DNA from: Candidatus Iainarchaeum sp.
GTDB lineage: Archaea > Iainarchaeota > Iainarchaeia > Iainarchaeales > JAZDDZ01
DNA: 64,000 bases
NCBI GenBank assembly: GCA_043809245.1
Contig: JAZDDZ010000049.1
Location: 1-64,000, forward strand
Reading direction: 5' to 3'
Both the position numbers and the translations under genes were made by a program. Positions 6,772 through 16,298 of the stretch are shown one piece after another. Each line of letters opens with the position of its first letter. Positions within the stretch are counted from its first letter, which is position 1. The notes beneath the pieces were generated by a model. That model saw only the letters and a list, made by a program, of their open reading frames with translations. It was not told the DNA's origin and did not search any database.

Positions 6772-8799
6772 TTATTCTTCGCCTGTCGGCGATCTATTAA
6801 GCCCCAAAGTATGCGGGTCTTGACTGGGTGCAACACCAGTTAATACTGCATTTGCATAGGCGTGCACTTTCTCTACGTATTCCCTGTCATAATTGACATT
6901 TGTGCATGCAAGCCCTTGATAGCGCCTTAAAGCAGCATCCCAGCCAGCGTAAGGCGTTAATGAACTGTCAGAGAAAAAATATTGTTTTTGATTGCTGATT
7001 CGGTTAAGATATTTGTTTTCAGGGATTTGCGCCCCGCAGCCTGTTGTCGGCAAAGCCCTGTAACTATATTTTGTTATCATCCAATACAAGCCGCAGGCAA
7101 TATTGTATTTCCATTTTTCTTTATCTGTGCTTGCATAATCTGCCGCAGCATCAATCCCTGCAGTGCTTGGAATGATTCCTCTATCTTTGCACTCCTTAAA
7201 TTCTCCACTAATACCGTCCGCATTTGCATTGATTTGCATTAAACCATAAGACGTGCCTTTTATTTCTGCTGGACGACAGCTGCTTTCCTGAATCATCAGG
7301 CCAAGCATCAGCGCCTTAACCTCGGTTGAAAAAGTTGCTTGCCTCATTAGCTCTTCACTGTACTGCTTGCCGCACAAGCCAAGGGCTGCTGCATTGTCAA
7401 TAAGTTTTTGCTCGCCCGCAGTAAACTCGCTTGTTGCAACTGGCGCGCCAGTTATTATAACTTTGGACTCGCATTCGAAGAGAGTTTCATCATTTTCTTT
7501 GTTTAAGGCAGTAGCCCGAACAATGCCTTCGCCTTCCGTTGCCCCTGCAGTTAGAGTTGATGACTCCGCATGGAACACAGGATTAACTGAAGCGCCCCCT
7601 ATAAAAGTAAGCCAAACCAATTCAGGGCAGGCGACATTTACGCCGCTTGAATCATGGCATATTGCCTCTAATTTCTGTTCTCCATTTGGGGCGATTTCAA
7701 CTGGATTAGGAGACAATTCACAGGAAGCTGCCTCTCCCGCTGTTACAGTTGGCTCTGCAGCCGCTGTTCCCGGCGCGGTCTCAACAACCGCTGCGGCTAT
7801 TGCAGGCTCTTCAGCTGCCGGGGGCGTGGTCGGCTCTTCTGCAACTGGTTCCACTTGCGGCTGCCCTGGTTGTGGCGCGGCTGCTGCTGCAGAGCAATTC
7901 AGGTTTTTGCCAAAAATTGCGTTAACGAACTTGCAGTCAATTCGCGCCATGCATTCAAGCAGGCTTGAACAGCTGATTTCTGGAACTCCACCAAACTTAA
8001 TGTCTATTCTTGCCTGATTAGGCTTTTGCGTTGCACTTGGTTTCTGGCAGGCAAAAAAGCTTACTGTTCTGTCCCATTCTGCGGCGGGTTTTCCTTCCAC
8101 TTGCATAACACGGAGATACATTTCTTTGCTCAGCATTTCTTTTGGAATAAAAAAAGACTTGTTTAAGGGGATATTTTCCTCTGCGTTAAGTGAAATGTAT
8201 GCCGAATTCTGTTTTGTTGGCAGAACTTGAAGTTCTTTCAACTGGTCAACGGAAGCTGTTTTAGTTTCTTCACTGTTTAAGCCCTGCCAAACACCGGAAA
8301 TAAACCCGCTAGCCACACTCCAGGCGCTGCTCAGGCCTTCTCCAGTATACTCGCCAGTAATTCTTCCAGCTGCCGTTGCATTTTCGGTAAAAGTTCCTTT
8401 AAAGTTCGTCAGGGTTGAATCCAGCAGGTATTCTATCTTATCACAGGATAATGCGCCGCTTGAAATGTAAAGTGGCTTTGTTGGGTCTATTCCTTGAATT
8501 TTCAGCATAAATGGCTCAGGATTTGAAAAATGATAAGTGGGGTTTGCCTGCGTAAAGGTTTGAATGGATGTGCCGTCTGCTTTAAGTATTTCAGAGAAAT
8601 AAAAATAATTTGTCGGCGCTGGCTGCGGGCTTACAGGCAGGGGCGTGACAATTGCGGGCGTAGAAGTTGCAGCCGAACTAACTGGAAGCGTTATTGTTTT
8701 TCCTGTTGTTGTTACGCCGGAAACAGCCCCTGATGCCGGGGCGTAAGCAGCCACTGAAAAGAAAAGCAGCAAAGCTAAAAACATAACTGCTTTCTTCAT
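6772..8799 (-). CDS. Secreted protein with Ig-like region and C-terminal lytic transglycosylase (SLT) domain
   Basis: Signal peptide; P/A/E/T linkers; LMIQESS, YGLMQI, NIACGLYWM, ALRRYQG and YVEKV motifs. Confidence 0.85.
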   Translation of the reverse strand: MKKAVMFLALLLFFSVAAYAPASGAVSGVTTTGKTITLPVSSAATSTPAIVTPLPVSPQPAPTNYFYFSEILKADGTSIQTFTQANPTYHFSNPEPFMLKIQGIDPTKPLYISSGALSCDKIEYLLDSTLTNFKGTFTENATAAGRITGEYTGEGLSSAWSVASGFISGVWQGLNSEETKTASVDQLKELQVLPTKQNSAYISLNAEENIPLNKSFFIPKEMLSKEMYLRVMQVEGKPAAEWDRTVSFFACQKPSATQKPNQARIDIKFGGVPEISCSSLLECMARIDCKFVNAIFGKNLNCSAAAAAPQPGQPQVEPVAEEPTTPPAAEEPAIAAAVVETAPGTAAAEPTVTAGEAASCELSPNPVEIAPNGEQKLEAICHDSSGVNVACPELVWLTFIGGASVNPVFHAESSTLTAGATEGEGIVRATALNKENDETLFECESKVIITGAPVATSEFTAGEQKLIDNAAALGLCGKQYSEELMRQATFSTEVKALMLGLMIQESSCRPAEIKGTSYGLMQINANADGISGEFKECKDRGIIPSTAGIDAAADYASTDKEKWKYNIACGLYWMITKYSYRALPTTGCGAQIPENKYLNRISNQKQYFFSDSSLTPYAGWDAALRRYQGLACTNVNYDREYVEKVHAYANAVLTGVAPSQDPHTLGLNRSPTGEE

Positions 8800-9791
8800 T
8801 TTGCCACCTCATAGATTGTTCCGCTTGCTTCTACAACCAAATCGTAAGGCACATTAAAAATTTTTTGCGCGCGGTCAGTTTTATCAGTGTAGTTTAACTT
8901 CAAAGTATATTTTACTCCATTGCCTGCAGGAAACTGGAGGAGATAGTCTTCCTGATTTGCGCTTGACTGCTCTGCTGTTATGGAAGGGTCTTCCTCAAAT
9001 GCATTTTTAGATTCATTGAACTTCAATACCTTCACAGAGATGTCGGAAACCTTGCTTAAGTCACTAATGGTTAAAGTGTAAACACTTGGTTTTTCCAAAG
9101 CAGCACTTGATGTGGCTTGCTGAATCAATGCCGCGGTTTGTGCGTAGGAAATATCCCTGATTTGGTCATTTATCGCGGCTACTTGTTGTTCTGCAGCAGT
9201 CATCGCCCTCAACAAAACCCCATTATTAGGATTAGCATCAACAATTTTGCCCCCCGTAAAATCTTGCTGGGCAGAAGCATAATTGTTTCTTTTAAAAAAA
9301 CCTCCATAACCCCCGGTTTCGTCTGGTTTCCACTTGCGGGTTGATTCATCATAAAACCTAACGCTAAATTCAACGCCTTTGGAGGCAAAGTTAGTGACCC
9401 AAAAACCAAATATGTTGACATTAGAACCCGGCTGATTTCTTTCGCAGTCTTCTACACCCCTGTCTTGAGGGGTTGCTGTGAATTCCACGCCCGGCCAGCC
9501 AGAGCAGTCAAGAGTTACTGGCTGGGCAAAAGGCTCCCCTATCCTTGCAACAGATTCTTTAACTTTTATATTTAATTCGGCATTTTGCGGCCCAAGAAAA
9601 TTGTAACCCGTATTTTCAACAACAAATTTATGCACCACTTGCGGGTTAGAACTCGCCTCAACAGCAATTATTTCAGTTAAACTGCCAGGTGTACCATTAA
9701 GCCAGAATGCCTGTGCGCTTGACACAATTAGAAGAAAAACAAACAGGGCGAGAAGAAGTCCTGCTTTCACGCCAATCCCCCGCTTAAGCAA
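8796..9791 (-). CDS. Secreted hypothetical protein
   Basis: Signal peptide ending AQA; overlaps both neighbours. Confidence 0.8.
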   Translation of the reverse strand: MLKRGIGVKAGLLLALFVFLLIVSSAQAFWLNGTPGSLTEIIAVEASSNPQVVHKFVVENTGYNFLGPQNAELNIKVKESVARIGEPFAQPVTLDCSGWPGVEFTATPQDRGVEDCERNQPGSNVNIFGFWVTNFASKGVEFSVRFYDESTRKWKPDETGGYGGFFKRNNYASAQQDFTGGKIVDANPNNGVLLRAMTAAEQQVAAINDQIRDISYAQTAALIQQATSSAALEKPSVYTLTISDLSKVSDISVKVLKFNESKNAFEEDPSITAEQSSANQEDYLLQFPAGNGVKYTLKLNYTDKTDRAQKIFNVPYDLVVEASGTIYEVAK

Positions 9792-10375
9792 AGAGCCGAT
9801 AGCTGTTCAATCTGGCTGTCAATGCCGCCTGAAGAAGAACTAATCTGTTGTTCGGGTGCTTCTCCAGCGTATTCAGGGAATGAATCCCTGAATTCCTTGC
9901 CCTGCGCAGCAAGTTCTATGTTTACCTTGTTCAATTCTTTAAGGTTTGAGGAAAGCGATTCAAGCGATTCAATGTTTTGGCAGGTTGCATCAAAGTCACC
10001 ACTAAATTGCAGGAAAAGCACGTAATCTTCATCCATTTCATTGAATGCAATCATTCCATCTACAATCTTGAGCTGAATGTCAGAATATTTCAGCAAGGCA
10101 TCTTTTTCCCTGCTTTGGGGCTTTGAGTTAAGTTCCTGCTTGTATTGCGTGAGACCTGATTTGAGTGCGTTCAGTTTTGATGTTTCCGCCAAGGGGTTTG
10201 AAGAATCAAATGAAACGCCGTTTTTCTGCCAGATGCCAGCAATGTCGCTTTTGCCTTCCTCAAAAGTCAGTTTGCTTTCAGTTGGCACAGTTATCGGAAT
10301 ATTGCCGTTCAGAATTAAAAAAATTGCAACGGCAACAACTGCAACAACCACTAAAACCCAAAGTGATTTCCCCAT
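9767..10375 (-). CDS. Membrane-anchored helical hypothetical protein
   Basis: N-terminal transmembrane segment; GGGTGAAGG RBS. Confidence 0.8.
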   Translation of the reverse strand: MGKSLWVLVVVAVVAVAIFLILNGNIPITVPTESKLTFEEGKSDIAGIWQKNGVSFDSSNPLAETSKLNALKSGLTQYKQELNSKPQSREKDALLKYSDIQLKIVDGMIAFNEMDEDYVLFLQFSGDFDATCQNIESLESLSSNLKELNKVNIELAAQGKEFRDSFPEYAGEAPEQQISSSSGGIDSQIEQLSALCLSGGLA

Positions 10376-10507
10376 CCCTTCACCCTTTAACCGTGCAGAG
10401 TCCTTTATAGTATATAATTCAGTTTAGTAAATATAAATCCTTTCAGGTTTTTAAGGGTTTTGGTGGCTGTGTTCGGTTGTCTTATTTTTTCTTGGCATTA
10501 AATTCAA

Positions 10508-11305
10508 TCAATTTCCCGGTGCCGTTGAAACCCCTGCATAAGCCGGCTGTTTTTGCTTAGTGGAAACAGCGGTTGCCCTTAGCCCGGTTTTTCTTTTGCT
10601 TGCTTTAGCAATGTCTTCGCGGAGTTCTCTGCTTCTCCGGTTAATCTTCCTTTTAGTCAAATAAGATTTAACCCTGTGCACTAATCCTTTTTTTGCAACA
10701 GGTTTTTTTGCGCCGATAACGCGCTGCAGATTAACTTCTATCTTGTTCAGCCTCTGCAGCTCGGCGTACAATTCAGCGGTTTTCGCCTTGGCAGCATTAT
10801 AGTCACGCAGCGCTTGCTTTCCCTTAACCGACAGCGTTTTCAGCCTTTTACGTTCGCTTCCCTTTTTCTTTACATAATCAAATTCGGTTTTCAGTTTACG
10901 CACACCAGCCAACAATTCAACTGTCTGCGTTTTTGCAGTGCCAAGGCCCTGCAATAGCTGGTTTCTTTTAATTGACAGGTTTTTGAGTCTTAATTTTGCG
11001 CGCTCAGGAGTAACTGCCGCTTTTCTTTTTTCAAGGGGCTGCCTGCTTTTGGCGCGTTTAGCCAAAGCAGCATCCCTTGTTTTTTTTGCTTGCAGGTCTT
11101 TTACCCTAATCCGCTCCGCGGCAGCCTTTCGATTTCTGACATCCCAAAAAAAGTTTTCCCTTCTTGCAGCACGTTCAAGAATTTTTCCACTAACCTTTCC
11201 ACGAACCAACTTCAAATACTGCTGTTTCCTCTGCTCAAATCCCCCTTGCTTGATACGTGCCCTATCGGCTTTTATTACATGGCCTAATTTTACTGACATA
11301 GACAA
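10508..11305 (-). CDS. Highly basic coiled-coil hypothetical protein
   Basis: 265-aa ORF, very K/R rich. Confidence 0.7.
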   Translation of the reverse strand: MSMSVKLGHVIKADRARIKQGGFEQRKQQYLKLVRGKVSGKILERAARRENFFWDVRNRKAAAERIRVKDLQAKKTRDAALAKRAKSRQPLEKRKAAVTPERAKLRLKNLSIKRNQLLQGLGTAKTQTVELLAGVRKLKTEFDYVKKKGSERKRLKTLSVKGKQALRDYNAAKAKTAELYAELQRLNKIEVNLQRVIGAKKPVAKKGLVHRVKSYLTKRKINRRSRELREDIAKASKRKTGLRATAVSTKQKQPAYAGVSTAPGN

Positions 11306-11410
11306 AAACCTTTAACCGCATTAAAGTAACGCCAAGCCGGTATTTAATGCTTTTGCAAGGGGTTCAGGCGCCCAGCTAACAATTTTAAGCTTTAACCACT
11401 ATAAGCTTTT

Positions 11411-13222
11411 ATGGCTTTAACTGAAAAAATACTGGTTCTGGATTTTGGCAGCCAATACACGCATCTTTTGGCGCGAAGGATAAGGCAATTAGGCGTTTAC
11501 TCTGAGATAATGCTGCCAACCGCTTCAGAGAAAGAACTTTGCGAGGCGAAAGGCATAATTTTGAGCGGCGGGCCGGCATCGGTTTACGATTCGGGTGCAC
11601 CGGAATTCAATCCAAAAATATTCAGGCAAAAAATGCCAATTCTCGGGCTTTGCTATGGCCACCAGTTAATGGCGCAAGAATTAGAAGGAAAAGTGAAAGC
11701 GGGAACAGTAAAAGAATACGGTTTGGCTGAATTGGATGTACGCGAAAAAAAAGGCTTGTTCGCGGGTTTAGGGGAAAAGGAAACTGTTTGGATGAGCCAC
11801 GGTGACACTGTAACGGAAATGCCTAAAGGATTCAAAGCCATTGGGTCAACGGTTGACTGCCCTTTTGCTGCAATGGCAAACGATGAAGCGAAAAATTATG
11901 GCTTGCAGTTCCATCCAGAAGTAACGCACACAAAAAACGGAATGAAAGTATTGGAGAATTTTGCGCTGAAAATCTGCGGCTGTGAAAAAAACTGGAAGAT
12001 GAAGAACTTCCTCGAAGAAAAATTAGCGGAAATTGAAAAAAAAGCCGAGGGAAAAAATGTTTTCATGCTCGCATCAGGGGGAGTGGACAGCACTGTGGCG
12101 CTTGCCCTGCTTGGAAAGGCCTTGAAGGACAGCCGCGTGGTTGCATTGCATGTGGACACTGGTTTCATGCGCAAAAACGAAAGCAAAGAAGTTGAAAAGG
12201 CATTGAAAAAATTCGGCATAAGGTTGCATGTGGTTGACGCGTCAAAAGAATTCTTTGAAAGGCTTTCAGGGATAACTGAGCCGGAAGAGAAAAGGAAAAT
12301 TATAGGCGAATTGTTCATTGAAATTGCGAACCGCGAACTGCAAAGACTTGAATTGAAGGCAGACGAATGGCTTTTGGGGCAGGGAACAATCTATCCTGAC
12401 ACAATTGAAAGCGCCGGCACCAAAAATGCTGAAAAAATAAAAACACACCACAATCGCGTGGAAAGCATCAAACAGTTAATGGAGGAAGGGAAAATCATTG
12501 AGCCATTGAACGAATTATACAAGGATGAAGTGCGCGAACTTGGAAAAAAACTGGGTTTGTCAAAAGCGTTGATTGACCGGCACCCCTTCCCAGGGCCTGG
12601 CCTGGCAATCAGGGCTTTGTGCGCGAAAAAAGGGGAAGCGAATGAAGTGAAACTGAATGAAATTGAAATGCTTGCGGACAGGCTTGCGGGAAAAGCGGGT
12701 TTTGAAGCGCATGCATTGCCGGTTAAAGGCGTTGGAGTCCAGGGAGACGGAAGGACTTACAGGAACGCGGTTGCCTTGACAGGAGAACTTGACTGGAAAA
12801 AAATTGAAGAGGTTTCCGTGAGGCTTACAAACGAGTTAAAGGAAATTAACCGGGTTTTGTTCGCGTGCTATCCTGCGAAAATAAGCTCAATTGAATTGCT
12901 GGAAGCGACTCTGGCAAAGGAAAGGATTGAATTGCTCAGGCAAGCTGATGCAATCGTAATGGAGTCACTGCAGGAGTTCGGCATTTACAATGAAATCTGG
13001 CAGTGCCCGACTGTATTGCTTCCGCTGAAAGTGAACGGAGCGCAGGGAGAAGCAATTGTTTTGCGGCCAGTGGAATCAACAGAGGCAATGACAGCGTCAT
13101 TCTATAAAATGCAGAAAACGCATTTGGACAAACTGGTTAAACGGCTCATGGAACTAAATGGAATCAACGCTGTGTTTTACGACTGCACGAACAAGCCGCC
13201 TGCGACGATTGAATGGGAATAG
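11411..13222 (+). CDS. guaA: GMP synthase (glutamine-hydrolysing), fused GATase and synthetase
   Basis: LDFGSQY, GLCYGHQ, QFHPEV, SGGVDS, KTHHN, KPPATIEWE. Confidence 0.97.
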   Translation: MALTEKILVLDFGSQYTHLLARRIRQLGVYSEIMLPTASEKELCEAKGIILSGGPASVYDSGAPEFNPKIFRQKMPILGLCYGHQLMAQELEGKVKAGTVKEYGLAELDVREKKGLFAGLGEKETVWMSHGDTVTEMPKGFKAIGSTVDCPFAAMANDEAKNYGLQFHPEVTHTKNGMKVLENFALKICGCEKNWKMKNFLEEKLAEIEKKAEGKNVFMLASGGVDSTVALALLGKALKDSRVVALHVDTGFMRKNESKEVEKALKKFGIRLHVVDASKEFFERLSGITEPEEKRKIIGELFIEIANRELQRLELKADEWLLGQGTIYPDTIESAGTKNAEKIKTHHNRVESIKQLMEEGKIIEPLNELYKDEVRELGKKLGLSKALIDRHPFPGPGLAIRALCAKKGEANEVKLNEIEMLADRLAGKAGFEAHALPVKGVGVQGDGRTYRNAVALTGELDWKKIEEVSVRLTNELKEINRVLFACYPAKISSIELLEATLAKERIELLRQADAIVMESLQEFGIYNEIWQCPTVLLPLKVNGAQGEAIVLRPVESTEAMTASFYKMQKTHLDKLVKRLMELNGINAVFYDCTNKPPATIEWE

Positions 13223-13295
13223 AATTTTCACTACTTTTTCATTACAAAAACATATATTTAAATAAAGTGCCAAGCATAAGTTTTTCAGTGGTTTT

Positions 13296-13583
13296 GTGGC
13301 AGAGGTAATCTGGACAGTGCATGCGCTGGAAAGGTTTACCGAGCGCGCTTTGCTTTACGGGCTTTCAAGAACAGAACTGGAGCAAATAATCAGAAAGCAG
13401 GCGGTCAGGATTGACTGCGGTTTTGATGAAAAATACCGGAAGAGAAAATTTGAGACAGTCGGCCCTGTTGCAAACAAGTTTTTTACGGTTGAAAAAGCAG
13501 AGGACAAAAAAACCATCATTGTAATCACATTATGGGAATCGGGTAAAAAGGAGGTTGATTTATGGCTTTCAAGGCAAAAATGA
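13296..13583 (+). CDS. DUF4258/RelE-fold toxin-like protein
   Basis: WTVHALERF...IIVITLW pattern; coupled to the downstream Zn-finger gene. Confidence 0.65.
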   Translation: MAEVIWTVHALERFTERALLYGLSRTELEQIIRKQAVRIDCGFDEKYRKRKFETVGPVANKFFTVEKAEDKKTIIVITLWESGKKEVDLWLSRQK

Positions 13584-13900
13584 AATGCCCTGTGTGCGAA
13601 GGCGAGGCGGTTATTTCCAAAAACACTTTAAGGCTGTTCAAAGGAATGATTACACTGAAAGAAAACCCGATTTATAAGTGCATTAAGTGCGGAGAGGAAT
13701 TCGCCACCGGAAAAATGGTTGACGAAACCCTTGGCAGGGCAAAAAAGCAATTGAGCTTCAAAAGGCAGATTATCTCCACGGGCGGCTCACTTGCAATAAC
13801 TTTCCCGAGCGATTTGTCGGAATATTATGGCCTGGAGAAAGGCGAAAAGGTAAGGCTTATCCCGGAATCAGCAAAAGAGATAAGGCTAGTAATAGGTTAG
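13562..13900 (+). CDS. YgiT/MqsA-type zinc finger fused to AbrB domain (antitoxin-like)
   Basis: CPVC...CIKCGEEF, then GGSLAITFP...GLEKGEKV. Confidence 0.75.
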   Translation: MAFKAKMKCPVCEGEAVISKNTLRLFKGMITLKENPIYKCIKCGEEFATGKMVDETLGRAKKQLSFKRQIISTGGSLAITFPSDLSEYYGLEKGEKVRLIPESAKEIRLVIG

Positions 13901-13988
13901 CCTAAGCCCGCGACGATTGAATGGGAGTAAAGCGATTTACTTTAAGTAAACATTATGTTTATAAATAGTAAACATTTAAACTACCATT

Positions 13989-14558
13989 ATGAGTGTATTG
14001 CCGAAACTGTTGGGCCCATTTAACCTTCAAATGGTTGAAGTGCTGGTTGATGAGAATGTTTCTGCAAGGGCTTTGGCTGGCAAAGTCGGGTGTTCGCCTG
14101 CAAAGGTGACGCAGTTCATCAAACTTTTCAGGAGAAACGGCTTGATTGAAATCATTAAGGAGAAAAACAGGAAAATTGTCGCACTTAACAGGCATAACCC
14201 GTTGATACGGGAGATTATTTCATTGCTGTTTGTTTACAAAATAATTGGCGCAAGGGCTTTTTCCGAGCTAAGGGGAAAATCGGGTTCAGTGGGGCTTTAT
14301 GGCAGCGCCGCAGAGGGCACAGTGGACAAAAAAAGCGACATAGATTTATGGGTGGTCAGCGACAAAAAGTTTTCCCTTGAAAAAGCAGGCGAGTTAAGGA
14401 TGCGGATAAGCAAGGAGCTTGGAAGGGAAGTTAGCTTAAAATTCTTCACGGAAAAAGACGTTGAAAACCTCAGGCAAAAGGACGCGATTTTTTTCAACGA
14501 GCTTGAATACAAGTCAAAGATTCTGGCGGGTGAAGGGTTTGGGCAAAAGCAAAGTTGA
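13989..14558 (+). CDS. wHTH-fused minimal nucleotidyltransferase
   Basis: LYGSAAEG...SDIDLWVV. Confidence 0.85.
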   Translation: MSVLPKLLGPFNLQMVEVLVDENVSARALAGKVGCSPAKVTQFIKLFRRNGLIEIIKEKNRKIVALNRHNPLIREIISLLFVYKIIGARAFSELRGKSGSVGLYGSAAEGTVDKKSDIDLWVVSDKKFSLEKAGELRMRISKELGREVSLKFFTEKDVENLRQKDAIFFNELEYKSKILAGEGFGQKQS

Positions 14559-14939
14559 GGAATGCTTTGAGCAGGGGCTGCTTAAAAAAATTCGGCCGAA
14601 CCTCCGCTATTCCGAGCACAGAGCATTAAGCAGGCAGAGCACTTTCTGGATGAAGCATATGATTTAATAGAGGGCAAGATAAATGACATGGCATTCATTG
14701 CTTTGTATAACGCCTCGTTTCATGCGGCAAGGGCGATTCTTTTCAGGGACGGGGTAAAGGAAAGAAGCCATTACTGCGTCAGCAAATACATTGAGGAAAA
14801 ATACCAAGAAAAAGAGCTGATAACTTTGCGCCAGGCAGTGATTCTTGATTCTCTCAGGGAAAAACGCAACAGCATCCAGTACTCGCTTGAACCGCCTGAA
14901 ACCGGGGAAGACCTAAACGAAATCTATGACGAAGTGTAA
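14539..14939 (+). pseudogene. HEPN toxin pseudogene (frameshift plus probable premature stop)
   Basis: N-terminal VEECFEQGLLKKI (like the 6031 HEPN start) is in a different frame from ALYNASFHAARAIL...RSH...KRNSIQY; helical sequence continues past TAA at 14937. Confidence 0.7.
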
Positions 14940-15109
14940 AAACTAATTGAACGAGTGAAAGAAATAATCAAAAAAGGAAAAAAACCCGCGCATTAGGCAT
15001 ATGCCTTTTGCCCCAATTTTGTATGCCTAACCTGTTAGGCGGGCGGACTCTATATTGCGCGCGCGAACCGAAACGCTTTAAAAGTTTAGTATATACTGTA
15101 GTATATACT

Positions 15110-15943
15110 ATGATAAAGCGTTTTGATGTCTTTGAGGAGGTTGTAAAGGAGGTTGTTCCTTTCGGCAACGGCAGCATTGTTTACACCCCGAAAAAATGGG
15201 TTGGCCAGACTGTAAGGGTTATTCTTGAAGGCGAGCCGCTTAACTTAAGGGAAAGCATTATGGAACCGCTTCAGCCTTTTTTGGAGCACGTTAAAGGCGT
15301 TTTCCTTCACGGGAGTTTTGCGAGGAACGAGCAATCAAGAGAGTCGGACATTGACGTGCTAGTGGTTGCTGATGAAAAATTCGTGCCGGAGAAAAAAGGC
15401 CGGCTTGATTTTACCGTGATTAGCGAGGCTGTTTTACGGAAAGAATTGGCGGGAAAAGACCCCTTCTATGTTTACAATATTTTGCAGGAAGCCAGGCCAA
15501 TTTTAAACGAAAGCCTGTTAAAAGAGTTGAAGGGAATTAAAATTGACAAGCGGAACTTTAAGTGGCTTTTGGATGAAAGCGAAAGCGCGTTAAAGATAGC
15601 CAAGGAATTCCTGGAATTGGACAGGCAGCAGAAAAGGGAAACGCTTGACTCAACAGCGATAATTTACACAATGGTTTTAAGGCTTAAAAGGCTTTTCATG
15701 GTTCAACGCGTTTTGGAAAACAAGAAATACTCAAACAAGGGTTTTAAGGAATTCATGGAAAGCAAGGGCTTGGCAAAAGAACTGGTTGAACGCACCCATA
15801 AAATCTACGGGGCGGAAAGGGATGAAAGAAAAGCCGCTGAAAGCATTTCCATTCAGGAAACCGGACAACTTTATGAAGTGGTTGAAAACGAGTTAAAGAA
15901 AATGAAAGGGGAATACAGGTGCCGTCAAAAAAGAAAAAACTGA
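15110..15943 (+). CDS. DUF2080-like domain fused to nucleotidyltransferase
   Basis: N-terminal PFGNGSIVYTPKKWVGQTVRV; LHGSFARNEQSRESDIDVLVV. Confidence 0.8.
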   Translation: MIKRFDVFEEVVKEVVPFGNGSIVYTPKKWVGQTVRVILEGEPLNLRESIMEPLQPFLEHVKGVFLHGSFARNEQSRESDIDVLVVADEKFVPEKKGRLDFTVISEAVLRKELAGKDPFYVYNILQEARPILNESLLKELKGIKIDKRNFKWLLDESESALKIAKEFLELDRQQKRETLDSTAIIYTMVLRLKRLFMVQRVLENKKYSNKGFKEFMESKGLAKELVERTHKIYGAERDERKAAESISIQETGQLYEVVENELKKMKGEYRCRQKRKN

Positions 15944-16086
15944 AAGGAATAGCATCAATTGAAAAAAGGATAAAAGAGCACGAATTGAAGCTGGCGCAGG
16001 CAATCTCCGAAGAAGGAAGGCAATATTTGGTTAAGGATATCAACCGCCTTAAAAAACAAAAAGAAAGAAAAGAAAGCCAAATTTAG
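15919..16086 (+). CDS. Small basic coiled-coil protein (55 aa)
   Basis: Hand translation MPSKKKKLKGIASIEKRIKEHELK...; overlaps the end of the MNT gene. Confidence 0.55.
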   Translation: MPSKKKKLKGIASIEKRIKEHELKLAQAISEEGRQYLVKDINRLKKQKERKESQI

Positions 16087-16162
16087 CGCGGGCAAGCGAA
16101 AACCCCCTTAAAGGCAAAGGTTCATTAAATTAACTTCCCTTAAATTTAGCGAGGTGTGGTTA

Positions 16163-16297
16163 ATGGACTACGATGAGGCCAAAGGGATTCTTGGCGAGTA
16201 CAGGAGGGGCACGACTTTCCCGAGAAGCGTTTTAGAGGAAGCAAGGGAAACAATCCGTAAAAAAGAATCGCTTGGCTCGGTAATGGGAAGAATCTGA
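16163..16297 (+). CDS. Small hypothetical protein (44 aa)
   Basis: GAGGTG RBS, then MDYDEAKGILGEYRRG... Confidence 0.5.
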   Translation: MDYDEAKGILGEYRRGTTFPRSVLEEARETIRKKESLGSVMGRI

Positions 16298-16298
16298 A

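Larger units (their letters stand above)
13198..13930 (+). repeat. Imperfect 25-bp direct repeat of the guaA 3' end flanking a TA cassette
   Basis: gcctgcgacgattgaatgggaatag (13198-13222) vs gcccgcgacgattgaatgggagtaa (13906-13930). Confidence 0.85.
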
